Of a stretch of DNA of 64,000 bases, positions 12,959 to 25,213 are shown in pieces. The stretch is from assembly GCF_026571515.1 (NCBI RefSeq), contig NW_026865571.1:1-64000 (forward strand). Reading direction: 5' to 3'. Position numbers and translations under genes: made by a program. The notes beneath the pieces were generated by a model. That model worked only from the letters and a program-made list of their open reading frames with translations. It was not told where the DNA came from and did no database searches. Each line of letters starts with the position of its first letter. Positions within the stretch are counted from its first letter, which is position 1. This stretch comes from Ruditapes philippinarum. Taxonomy: Eukaryota.

Positions 12959-15559
12959 TCCTACCGTGACCCAAATTCGGCGTTCTCCTAAATTCGGCGA
13001 TGTTTTGTTTTTCGTCATTCACGCGAGATTTCAGAGGTGAAGGTCAATCATGTTTATTTCCCACGGTCAATTTTTACAACTCGAGTGATTTTTCTGCGCT
13101 AAAGATGGAGATACGGCAGGTAAACATTAAAAATTGTATGACATGGAGAAAAATGTGTGTTTTACCTGATTCAATTTCAAGTTTATCTATACCTTCCTTT
13201 ATTTGATTGATATTGTTGCTTAAAATAATTTGACAGTCGTCGTCTGTTACCTTACTATTTTTACTGCCGATCTAGGTCAACATACTACGTCACACTCCCG
13301 CCAAAATGAAAAAGTACGGAAGCGTAAAAGAGACATCATATTAAAATTATTTTTTTTTTATTTCAGAAACATGATTCAAAAAGAGGTCCATATCGAACGG
13401 GCTATGACCAGACATCCATTGAGAATGCTTTTATTGAAGTAAAATTAAACAAAGTATCTATTCAAAGAGCAGCCAAGTCTTATGGTATCCCTGTATCAAC
13501 TTTGAAGGACAGAGTATATGGTAATGTTCCTGTCCATAATGCAAAGTCTGGTCGAACCCAGCTGTTTTCAAAAGAGCAAGAATCTTTACTTGCTAATCAT
13601 CTTAATACAATGGCTGAGATTGGGTATGGATATTCCCGAACAGAGACTATAAATCTGGCATCTGATTATGCTGTCCATTTGGGACTCAGAGACAGAGAAC
13701 ACCCACTAAGTTTGCGTTGGCTTTACAAATTTTTGAATAGATTTCCTGAACTGTCTGTCAAAAAGCCAAGAAGTCTTGAAGCAGCTAGAGCTAGAAGTGC
13801 TACAAGACAAGCTATCACAAATTACTTCAAAGAGCTGAATAAAATCATAGTTGATAATAATCTTCTTAAAAGACCTGAGGCCATATATAATGTGGATGAA
13901 AAGGGACTATCAACTAACCACAAACCCCCTAAAATTGTAACTGGTGCAGTATATAAAGCTCAAGCTGTAACTTCTGGTAAATCACAAACTGTAACTGTTA
14001 TAGGCGGGGTAAATGCTATGGGGAATCAAGTGCCACCATTTTTCATATTTCCAGGCAAGAGAATGCTACCTGAATTACTGGAAGGGGCTTCTGCAGGGGC
14101 AACTGGAGTTGTTTCAGAATCAGGATGGTCCAACACTGATATATTCACCCAGTACATGAAAGAACATCTTGTAAAATACTTACCAGAACACAGTGCAACA
14201 GACCCAGTTCTTGTTCTATATGATGGACATAAGAGTCATATCTCATTAACACTTATTGATTGGGCAAAAGAAAATCATATAATCCTATTTGTTTTACCAC
14301 CACACTGTAGTCATTTGCTACAGCCTTTAGATATCAGTTGCTTCGGACCCTTTGAAGTTTCGTGGAACTCAACATGCCACAACTACATGAGGGAATCTGG
14401 TGGAAGAGTAATAAGTAGGTATGATGTTTGTAAACTTGCATGCAAGGTATACTCAAGCACACTGACACCAGCAAATATCCAGGCAGCTTTCAAGAAGAGT
14501 GGTATATACCCTTTTAATCAAGATGTAGTGAATGATTCTGATATTGCACCATCTTTGAGTTTCCCTGCCAGAACAGTTGAAAAGCAATGCATGTCTTCTC
14601 CACCAGAAAAAGCCTCTAGTAAAGAGAATTCTGGTTCTTCTGTAAAATTCCTTGAATGCAGAGGTGGTGAAGTTTTGAAAAATGTTCAAACAGCTAAAAT
14701 TAGAAACACATTAAGCAAAGTTGTTGGTGGCAAAGCTATAACAAATGAAGATGTTAGTGAAAAAATAAAAGATCACATTGAAAAGCAGACAAGCTCCAAA
14801 AAACGAAAATTCATCCCACCTCTAAAAGTAAAGGTACCTGAAACACAAAACATACCTGAAAAACAAAACAAAGGACAGTCAAAATTAAACAGTTCAAAAT
14901 GCAAACAACCAAAAGTTAAATCAAAGCAACCTAGACTTGAACTTTCTGAAGATGTCTCTGATGAAGATTCTGAAACAGAAGAAGAAAAATGCAGTGTTTG
15001 TGGAAAATTTTTCCCAGACAAACAGATTTGTGATGAAATTAGAATTGTTCAGTGGGGTCAATGTGACAAATGTGACCTATGGGTTCACCTCAAATTCTGC
15101 TCCCCAGTGAAAGTGTTGCGCAGAGGTGACAGTTTTCTCTGTCCAACCTGTAGCCAGTCATAAATTAAAACAAACAAAAAACAATTTGTAAATATGTTAT
15201 CAGTTTAAACAGTTTAAAATGTTCCAGTTAAATACTTTCTTGTCAGTTTGGAATTCAAGTAACATTTACATTATTATGACACTTTTAAGACACCATACTT
15301 AATGATATTTGTGATGATTTACTGCAACCAATCAAATCGCCGAATTTAGGTGACGTGTTCAGATCGAGGTAAGATTTTACATCCGCCATATTTGTTTATG
15401 TTTGGCAACTCTGAACGATAACATTGTTTGAAATTAACTTAAAGTAACTTTTAAATAGTTGTAGTAAAATTATATCAAGTATAATTATAGATTACTGTAG
15501 TTTATTGAAAATGCCATTGACATTTGTTCTTATATCGCCGAATTTGGGTTACACCGGGA
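12959..15559 (+). mobile_element. Autonomous pogo/Fot-like DNA transposon, ~2.6 kb
   Basis: Imperfect TIRs TA|TCCTACCGTGACCCAAATTCGGCG vs TA|TCCCGGTGTAACCCAAATTCGGCG (right, reverse complement); extra subterminal AAATTCGGCG copies at ~12990 and ~15338; contains an intact transposase gene. Confidence 0.9.
13105..15163 (+). CDS. pogo/Fot-like DD35D transposase with psq HTH, CENP-B HTH and C-terminal PHD finger (~603 aa)
   Basis: Predicted exons 13105-13119 (MEIRQ|gtaaac) and 13367-15163 (tttcag|KHDSKRGPY..SIQRAAKSYGIPVSTLKDR), in frame with the 553-aa ORF. Triad YNVDE / LYDGH / QPLD with 35 residues between D2 and D3; C4HC3 CSVC..QCDKCDLWVHLKFC..FLCPTC. Confidence 0.93.
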
Positions 15560-16193
15560 TATATCTGTGCTTTTTTACACTATCCCAACACAGTGCTGGG
15601 CCCCTGTAGGGATAACAACCAGACCATGGTGAATCTTATAGAAAAGGGATAACCTAGCATCTGTACCTCTGAAGGGAGTGAAACATGTCCGTGACGCTAT
15701 CTAGAGGTCTGACCATAATCTAGCTTAATCCATCGGGCTGCTCTTCTTTGGACATTTTCGATTTGATCTATTTGTGTTTTGGTGTGGGGAGACCTTACTT
15801 CAGAACCATATTCAAGCTGGGGTAAGCAATAGACTGGTAAGCATTGGACTTAATGGATTTGGATTTAACCTTTATGTTTCTACGCAGGAATCCTAAGGTT
15901 TTGTTTGCTTTCTTGGATGTCCAGTCTATATATGGGCACCCCACGTGAGGTTGCGTTCATTGAACGCCGCCTTTCCTTGTTGATCTTGTTTATCATACTT
16001 TCTGATATATCCACGCCTAGGTATTTAGCTGAGGTAACCAATTCTAATTGAACTCCATGAAGGTATATTTTGTTGGGATAGGATGTTTCCTTTTTGCGAC
16101 GTGGATAACTTGACACTTGGATGGGTTAAATTCCATATCCCACTCCAACTCCCACTCTTCTAACCGATTGACGGACCAAGTGGGAGACTCTAT

Positions 16194-17312
16194 GTACATT
16201 TAATCAATGATGTTATATTTTTGATCCTTGAAGATCGTTCAGCACGACATTATTGTTGTGCTTGTGGTATTTTTAGTTTCAACTTTTCGGCATTTTCTAG
16301 TTGGGTGGTTCCAATATTCCTACTTGAATAATGTTGAATCACCCTTAGGATATGTTGCCTGCTTTTTAAATTTGTCTTTTGACGTCTTATCTGTGATACG
16401 CAGGCTTCATAACCTCTGATCCCCTTTCAAAATTCCATTTTATTTAGTTCCGCCCATTGTTTTCTCGTTTAGGGCACACGCTTTTTATTACTTGGGGACC
16501 TTACGCCGCTTTTCATGGAATGGCACGGAAGTGTCACATTGAAGGTTCCATGATAACCGCCGTATGACCACATCTGCGGATGTTTCTAAATTCAAAATTT
16601 TACTATTTCATGTTTAAATGTTGAATTCTGCTTAAGCCGGTGCTAGGGGGCGTGGACGGTAACTTGCACTTTTCAGTACCGTCCATGAACAGGCTCAATC
16701 AAACCGAGCCTGCAACATTTTCAATTTTGCCGTGTTGGGCTTTCTTTAGGGATTCTGTATTTATCTATTTGAAGATCACATCCGTGTTATTTGTGCCGTG
16801 TGGCGGCTGTAAAAAGTCTCCCCGTACATTTAATCAATGATGTTATATTTTTGATCCTTGACGATCGTTCAGCACGACATTATTGTTGTGCTTGTGGTAT
16901 TTTTAGTTTCAACTTTTCGGTTTCGGCATTTTCTAGTTGGGTGGTTCCAATATTCCTACTTGAATAATGTTGAATCACCCTTAGGATATGTTGCCTGCTT
17001 TTTAAATTTGTCTTTTGACGTCTTATCTGTGATACGCAGGCTTCATAACCTCTGATCCCCCGTTCAAAATTCCTTTTTATTTAGTTCCGCCCATTGTTTT
17101 CTCGTTTAGGGCACACGCTTTTTATTACTTGGGGACCTTACGCCGCTTTTCATGGAATGGCACGGAAGTGTCACATTGAAGGTTCCTAGGGGGCGTGGAC
17201 GATAACTTGCACTTTCCAGTACCGTCCATGAACAGGCTCAATCAAACCGAGCCTGCAACATTTTCAATTTTGCCGTGTTGGGCTTTCTTTAGGGATTCTG
17301 TATTTATCTATT
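16194..17312. repeat. Near-identical 630-bp tandem duplication (second copy internally deleted and truncated)
   Basis: 16194-16548 repeats at 16824-17186 (with an extra TTTCGG) and 16643-16770 repeats at 17186-17312; near-identical ORFs at 16228 and 16858. Confidence 0.9.
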
Positions 17313-19494
17313 CTATGATGGACAGTTCTTAAAGCCCTTTGAGATTGAATTGCCTTAATGTTCGTCTTCTGTCTTGCTTCGTCGGGCCCTTGTAGGTGAT
17401 CTTCTTGTTGCTCTGCCTTCCTTTAAGACATTGAGTACTTTTGTTATGGTCATTGGGTTTTCTTTTGTATGTTTCTACATGAGCATTTCGATGTTTTACT
17501 TATTTCACCTTTTGTAACCATGACAACTGTTTGAATTTCACTTGGCGGGGATTCATTTTATTTACACTGTCTCGTTTATAGGAACAAGGTCGGGCTAAGT
17601 GTGAGGTTTGGTGCACCATTAAACTCCCCAGCAGTATTTATGCTGCTGACCGTTCCAAGGCAGCGCCCCTCTGTGTGCCTCAGATGTATGTCTATGTTGT
17701 GTCATACTGTTTTGGTGACACTTTTGTGTCCCTTGTTGTTTTCTCGTCTACGGCAAGTAATTTCCCCTTCGCCCCTAGTTTTTATTTATTTTATTTATTA
17801 CCCCCCCCCCCCCTTCCCCGGGTCTCATTTCCCCTTCCCCTGTGCCCCTTGAGTTTATGGGCGTATTATTCAATCATTTGTTTTGTTTTTTTAGTTCCTT
17901 ATCAGTTACATGTACTAATTATTTATTCTTATGTATGGTTTTAGTGGTTAGCCTGCCCATGCTCTTCCTTGTGTCCTGTCCTGTTTTTGTTTGGGGTCCT
18001 CCTGGGCTCCTTGCCACTGGCTCTTGTTACTGGGTCGGGTAGGGTTTGCGTTCATTGAACGCCGCCTTTCCTGGTTGATCTTGTTTATCATATATTAGGT
18101 CATTTTGGAGGGTGACTGGTTTGCAGATGTCAGAGCAATGTATGTAGCAGTGTCGTCTGCAAACAAGATTATGAGAAATGCATATCATATATGTCCGTGT
18201 TACCATATATGTATCCCCAGTATGACTAAATGATTCTGGATTGAGATTTTCTATCATCTGTTTTAATTTCATGTTTAGTTTATATAATAATTTGTATTTT
18301 TCTATTCTGTTTTCAGAGAAAGTTGACAAATATAAATCTTTGATAAGCTATGAGTCATAAGGATATATATAATATACGACATAGCACTTAAGTTCAAAAG
18401 GTCGGTGTAAAAATGAATTTAATAAATATAACGTGTATGAATGTTAGAAGAAAAAACATAAATTTATACAAGGTTTAAGTTATCCGACTGCATTTTTTCA
18501 AAAATCCCTTATATAGTGCCTTCATTTTATATTTCCCTAAGTGCCTTTAAATTCCTAAAGTAGTGATTTGTGTTTTTACATATTACGTTAAAGATGAAGA
18601 TAAGATCCCCCGAAGCCGGAAGGGCCTCTTAATCTAGCTGACTTATTGATTTCATTTTTTGAAGAATAAGATCACAATAACTTCAATAAGGCTTTTTCAT
18701 TGATTTTTTTTGTCCTTATATAATTATTGATTTCAGACCATTTATATAGTTTAGTTTACCATGAACATTGCGAAGTAAACACGTCTTAAGTAATCATTTT
18801 ACATTAACTCTATATTTGCAATCTCTTAAACAAATACACTCTGTGTCCTCGTGTATTATTGATTTCAGAAGGTATTTGATAACTATGTTGAATGAAAGAA
18901 AACTGTACAATTTAGCTCGATTTCTGAAATGTAGCACTGATAGAATTTTGTTTTAAAATATGGAGATTCAGTAAGACATATCCTCTTTTTCAGGAATTCT
19001 GTTGAAGATTAGTTATAAAGAGACAACATAATAACTTAACTGGAGATTTATATTTTTCATATAACAGTTCGTAACCCATTAATTTTGTATTGTCTTTATG
19101 CAATGATTCACATGTCCAATGTCCAGTTTTTACATTCGACGTTTAAACAATCCCTCTATAGATTATGTAGCAACCAATTAAACTCCGAAAAAATAGTACG
19201 CCAATCACAGTTAAAAGGAATTACTATATATTAGTGTAGGTCTACATGTATTTGATATATAAAGTATGATTTACTAAAGTCCTCAACATGCAAAGTTGCG
19301 CAATGTTTTAATTCTTTTTCACGAAAAACATGTACTATACACCGGAATTGTGAATGTGTACAGCAAGCTAGATGTCAGGGTATGTAAATATTAATTATTA
19401 ATACGCCCATGATGGTGTAAGACTGGAGATCTACTTTGCACGTAGAGTGACCATTACACTAGATAAACATAGTGATTACATAGTGACTGTATAT

Positions 19495-20104
19495 CACCGA
19501 GTCCAATCGTTCACTATGTTTCCCAGGCGGAGAACGCATGAAGAGATCAATTTTACAGGTGGAAAACCGATACTGTGGTAAAAAAATTGTCTTCAATTTC
19601 TTTGAAAATGCATATTTCACAAAACTTTATAGCCTATTCTGATCTCGTATGATAACTTTATCCGACAGGCATCTCAAACTCGCCAAATCTTTGTTAACTT
19701 ATTAGATCATTATCGACAACTGCACAAGAATAATCACAAAATTGGTAAAATCGCTCTTTGATAGCCAATAACTTGACATCCAAGCAAACTTCTAAACATT
19801 TGTTACGCTCTAAAGGTTCTTTATTAACATATCCTCATCCACCAAAAGCCTGTTCTATTTCTATTCCGTATTTTTGGAGTATAATATCGTTTAAGGGAAT
19901 TTTCAAAATGAACGCATGAGCCGAACTTTTCATGTGGTTTCATAGGTTTGCAAAGTAAACGCATGAGCAGGTGGTATTTTTAAAACTCCGGTTTTTCCTA
20001 ATTATCTAACAAATTTAACATATTCAAACTTTAAAAATTTCAAATTTTATTCCAAATAAGTGAGAGACACTTCTTTTTTTAAAAATTAAAATATACTTTG
20101 TACG

Positions 20105-20184
<80 letters not shown>

Positions 20185-22551
20185 GCTAATAAGCAAAAGT
20201 ACGAGGTCTGTTGGGAAAGATCGTGTGAAATTGAAGTAATTCCTCGTTTTTAATATTTGCAAAAGCAGTGGTTAAGACGACAAAGAAAAGCATAATAGTT
20301 CCTCGAAAACTTGTAAACGATTGTAGCATTGATGTAATTTCTTGAATTTCTCCAATACATGTTATTTTGTACAATTATTTCTTCCCTGTTTTTATAGTAT
20401 GAGCATATGAAAATATATTATACACGAATCACGTTTAAATATTCAACATTCGATATAAATTTCCCTTTTTAAACGACGAATTACAAGTTTTTAGAATATG
20501 TTTATGTAAGCCCAGTAAATCTTGGTAGTGTATGGTGCTATATGCCGTCCAATGCAAAGCAATTGGTAAAGGTACAAATAATTAATAACCAAATTAAAGC
20601 CATTTTAATGCGAAATTTATGTAGCATGTCGACATGCTTATGATTGGTAAAAAATAATAATTGCACTGTGCAAATTGTCTTGTATACTTAATATATACGG
20701 AATTGCTGTTGTACTTGTTAAACAAATAAAAAAATTGCGTAGAAGAGAGCTGATCCATTTCACCTAAGAACACAAAAATTATCACTTAGAATGAAGTGTA
20801 TTTTTATCAATATTACAGAATATGGAAGAATACGACGCCATAATACCCGTGGAGGAACAACCTCTTATTGAATAACTTAAACAAATGAATATTGTTTAAT
20901 ACATAAAACGGAGAGATAACTAAGTCTTGTCATTTTGAATAAAATCAACAACTGACGACATTAAGCTGATTTACATAATAATCTTACATGACACTTTGGA
21001 ATAGTCCTTGATTTTTGCACGCATTGTAAATGATTGTTTTACAAAATATGTACTTTGATAACTAAATCATGAATCCTGAATAATTGTATACAATTACTAT
21101 CATACATGCATAATATTAAACAACAAATACAACGAAGGACAAATGACAAATAATAGCGTATGTATACTCTTTTAAAGTCCCTAGACCTCGAAACTTTAAT
21201 AGTCTAATATAATAAACCTGATACTCAAATAAAGAATTACCAATATTACAAATCTTACATAGATATTATCGAATTTAACAAGTTCTGTAAATAAAGGGAG
21301 GTAATTAGAAACACACTTTGCCTATTCTTCATTAAAATAAACAGTGTATTATTTCTAAAAGAAAAACTTATAATGAACCTAAAAAATATGTGTTATTTCA
21401 ACATTTTCTTGTATGTTCATTTTGTTGTAAGGAAGGTGATATATATTCTTGCTTAAAGATCCTGTATGTTATAAATAAGGATGTAACATCCTTGCGAAAT
21501 ATAAAGTCAGTTCTTATGAAAAACATATACTTAAGAAGTTGACATTATTAAACACATTATATGATATTTCTTGAGGAAAAAAGGTTGTGAAATTTTTATT
21601 TGAATGCAAAACTGATTTTTTTTACCAAAAACAGATTTCTAATTATCTCCTTTTATTATCGGAAATTTTAAATTTTGGCAATATCCTTATCAAAAAGGGT
21701 TTCTGTAACTTTTAACATTGTTAATTCTTTATTTAAGCCAAAGATTTTTCATATAAGAACATAAAATTTTGAGTCACAGGATCTTTAAGTGTATGTTACA
21801 TCTTTAATTATTACATACAGGAAATTTAAGTCCCATCAACCGATGATGTTGTATTTTGCAAATATTTTACTCAAAGTTTTAGCAATCAGGATTTATTATA
21901 TTTTCACAGAATCGAACAGACCTTCATCTATTGCTTATAAGCAATTCGTCATAAGGTATGAAAATAGGGACTTCTGTTTGCTCAAACATTTGAAACGAAA
22001 ATTTTGGAATTTAAAGGTTCTGTGATCGATAACATGTGAGATATCCATGAAAACTGGAGTATCCAAAAATTCCGCCTGCTCATGCGTTCATTTTGCAATC
22101 TGATGAAACCACATGAAAAGTTCGGCTCATGCGTTCATTTTGAAAATTCGCTTAAACAATATTATACTCCAAAAATACGGAATAGAAAAAGAACAGGCTT
22201 TTGGTGGATGAGGATATGTTAATAAAGAACCTTTAGAGCGATACAAATGTTTAGAAGTTTGCTTGGATGTCAAGTTATTGGCTATCAAAGAGCGATTTTA
22301 CCAATTTTGTGACTTTTCTTGCGCAGTTGTCGATAATGATCTAATAAGTTAACAAAGATTTGGCGAGTTTGAGATGCCTGTCGGATAAAGTAATCATACG
22401 AGATCAGAATAGGCTATAAAGTTATGTGAAATATGCATTTTCAAAGAAATTGAAGACAATTTTTTTACCACAGTATCGGTTTTCCACCTGTAAAATTGAT
22501 CTCTTCATGCGTTCTCCGCCTGGGAAACATAGTGAACGATTGGACTCGGTG
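19495..22551. mobile_element. Unclassified non-autonomous DNA transposon with ~480-bp TIRs and 6-bp TSD
   Basis: 19495-~19975 is a near-perfect inverted copy of ~22075-22551; termini CACCGAGTCC...GGACTCGGTG; GTATAT at 19489-19494 and 22552-22557; no recognisable ORF inside. Confidence 0.9.
20108..20181. repeat. (TA)n microsatellite
   Basis: About 37 perfect TA units. Confidence 0.95.
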
Positions 22552-22697
22552 GTATATGCTATATACATGTATGAACACCGTGTGTGGCTAGAGGCTTAGT
22601 CTTAGCGTTCTATATATTGACAGTTATTTCAGTTTTAGAAAAAAATTTGTTTAAAAACTTGGGACTTAAAGACGGTCACTATAGCTGTCGATGCAAA

Positions 22698-24761
22698 ATG
22701 CATTATTTATTTGTTGCATATTGGGTGTTTCTTGTCGGATATGTGTGCCTTGAACATGCACCAAGTGTGTCAACCAAACTTGGAGTTATAAATGGAGTTT
22801 TTAGTGAAGTATCATTTAAAAATGAAGCATATACAGTAAAGAGATTCTTAGGAGTACCATACGCCAAGCCGCCTGTTGGAGAACTTAGATTTAATTAAGA
22901 AACCGGAAGCCGCTGGGAAATTATTACCGGATCCATTTCCAGCTGACAAATTCGGATCACCATGCGCCCAAATTGACATTATGGGTGAAAAGTTTTCAGA
23001 AAATACTAATACAGAAGATTGTTTATTCTTAAACATCTATGTCCCGGACCAGAAACCAGAAAGCACGACAGGTCATGCAGTCATGGTATTCATCCACGGC
23101 GGAGGCTACAATCTTGGCACGGGAAATCGGTACATTGCCGATCGTTTGGCGTCCGTTGGTAACGTTATTGTCATCACGATCAACTACAGGCTCTGGATAT
23201 GGGGTTTTCTTGATTTCAATGATGAAAGGGCGCAAGGAAATATGGGATTATGGGACCAACCAATGGCATTTAGATGGGTACAAGAACACATTAGTTCTTT
23301 CGGAGGAGATAAGGGTGACGATATTTGGAAAATCTGCCGGGGCAGTAAGTGTCGGGTTACACTCCTTACATCCGGAAAATAAAGGACTGTTTACAAATGT
23401 TATTTCTGAGAGTGGTTCACCATCGTTCACGCATGTCTTCCAAACTGACAATAACATTCAAGCTGCAACATTTCTTGCTGAGTTACTCAACTGTTCTACA
23501 GACAATCCAGATCCAGTGTATGAATGTATTAAAAACAGTGACAGTGCAGCAATGCTAGATGCTTTTAAAAGCGCTTTAAACGATCCGGCTAAGTTATGGC
23601 AAATTGTTTTCACCCCAACGGTTGATAACGACTTTGTCAAGCAGCCACCATTAGACTTAATAAATCTTGCTAAAACCACTGTTCCACCTGAAGTAGAATT
23701 TCTTAGATCTTTGAATTTGATAAACGGATTGAATGGGGCAGAGGGCGCCATGTGGCTTTTTATGGTGGAAGGACCGAAGGATAACTACGATGATTTACTG
23801 CTGTCAAAAGAAGACATGGATAACAGGATTATCCCGACAGTTCTCCCAACAGCTCCTGAATTGCTAAAGTCACTCGTTAGATCGAGGTATACAGACTGGA
23901 GGAATCCGAATGATCCCAAATTGGTACGAAAACAATTCGTCAAACTGTTAGGTGACCTTTATTTTAACGTTCCGGGAATAGAATTCAGTCGTCTGCATGC
24001 TAATGGATCAAATCCAGGGAGTTACATGTACAGGTTTACTCCTCTCGTGGAGCAACACTTTGTTAGAACACCAGCATGGTCGGAGTCTGCAAATCATGCA
24101 GACGAACTTGGACCCGTGTTTGGCTATAACTTTGACTATGAATGGGCAGCCGACATGAAAGGATATACACCACCTGACTGGGAATTGAACATGTCCGAGC
24201 GTATGATGGTGTCGTGGACAAATTTTGCGAAAACTGGGTAGGTCTATTAATTCTGTTATAGAAACCTAAACAAGAAATATGCAATTCAATGTGAATATTT
24301 TTCATTCTTTTCAAATAGTCAAGTCAACCTGAGTTATTGTTATTATATTTTGTTATTATTAACTGATAACCAGATGATGAAATGAAATTTTATTGAAGAA
24401 AAAAGGTTTGCATACTTTTTGAAAGAAACTCATTCTGTCTTACTTTACTTGAAGGTATAAATATGAAAATTAGCACTTTTGAAATGAAGTTTTTTAAGAT
24501 GCATGTGTAGAGAACTAAAATTCAATACTAAACAAATGCTTATATTTTAGAAATCCGAACAGGGAAGGGGAAACACAATGGCCTAAATATAGCATCGATG
24601 ATGAATATTATTTAAATATAGATAAAGAAGACACCGTAGGTCAATTTTTACACGCAGCCGATATGAACTTTTGGCGGGAAATTGAGCTAAAGTCAGCTAA
24701 GGTTAAAGGGACTCCACTGATTATTTTTGACATGACAGAAATACCATTTGAAACAGGATGA
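22698..24761 (+). pseudogene. Type-B carboxylesterase / cholinesterase-like pseudogene
   Basis: Signal peptide, FLGVPYAKPPVGELRF, EDCLFLNIYVP, VMVFIHGGGY, NYRL, GNMGLWDQ, FGGD, G-K-S-A-G, NGAEG, ANHADEL, WTNFAKTG|NPN (intron 24238-24550), QWPKY, FW. Frameshifts at 22891-22898 (+4 with stop) and ~23311 (about -5); the 3' end runs into a TTAA-AGGG repeat at ~24703. Confidence 0.88.
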
Positions 24762-25166
24762 ATAACTTGTGTACAAAATTTCAGATCATTCGCTTTATCT
24801 GTTTTCTAGAATAAAATATATTGTGCAAAATGACACAAAAAAAGGAAAAGCGTTTTAATGATTTTTTCTCGCATCGGGAAATGTTGGTTTTATTTTTAAT
24901 TTTCATTGCTTAGTATAATTATGTTGTTGTTGTTGTTGTTGTTGTTTTTCATTATCTTTTGCCGCTTCATTTGCAGGATATCTTAAATGTAGGAAGGAGC
25001 CAATCCTTGTATTGATTTAAATACTACTTATGCAATATAATACGTGCATCAATAATTTTAAATACGTTTGTCTAATCAAAGTAATAACCATAGGGGCAAA
25101 TCTGGTATTTTAATATTTAGGAACTTTCCAAAATGAGATAATAAGACGATTTTCTTTCCACTCTCT

Positions 25167-25213
25167 CCATGCGTTCTCCACCTTCGATCTGTGTTGAACG
25201 ATTGGACTCGGTG
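25167..25213. mobile_element. Orphan terminus related to the CACC...GGTG long-TIR family
   Basis: CATGCGTTCTCCACC..TGAACGATTGGACTCGGTG matches 22506-22551. Confidence 0.65.

Larger units (their letters stand above)
12771..15606. mobile_element. Small TA-flanked TIR MITE (~230 bp own sequence) hosting the pogo element
   Basis: TIR GGG(A/G)CCCAGCA(CT)GTGTTGGGATAGTGTAAAAAAG at both ends; TA flanks at 12769-12770 and 15607-15608; internal ~100-bp AT palindrome at 12839-12936. Confidence 0.75.
12610..16170 (-). mobile_element. Degraded CR1-group LINE, 3' end of ORF2 (split by nested insertions)
   Basis: Minus-strand peptides NRLEEWELEWDMEFNPSKCQV, YLHGVQLELVTSAKYLGVDIS, KTLGFLRRNIK, QIENVQRRAARW and RLSLFYKIHHGLVVIP (16170-15610) resume after the insertion as EEYLTPLSRTSRHGHPLCYRLFTATSDYYKYSFFPRTVYHWNQ (12768-12640); frameshifted. 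Confidence 0.85.

Noticed and set aside
16228-17055. Duplicated 63/65-aa hydrophobic ORFs
   Set aside because: Non-ATG starts within a tandem duplication; no recognisable domain.
19495-19540. RAG-like RSS end (ProtoRAG)
   Set aside because: Only a 5/7 heptamer match, no nonamer, 6-bp rather than 5-bp TSD, and no RAG-like ORF.
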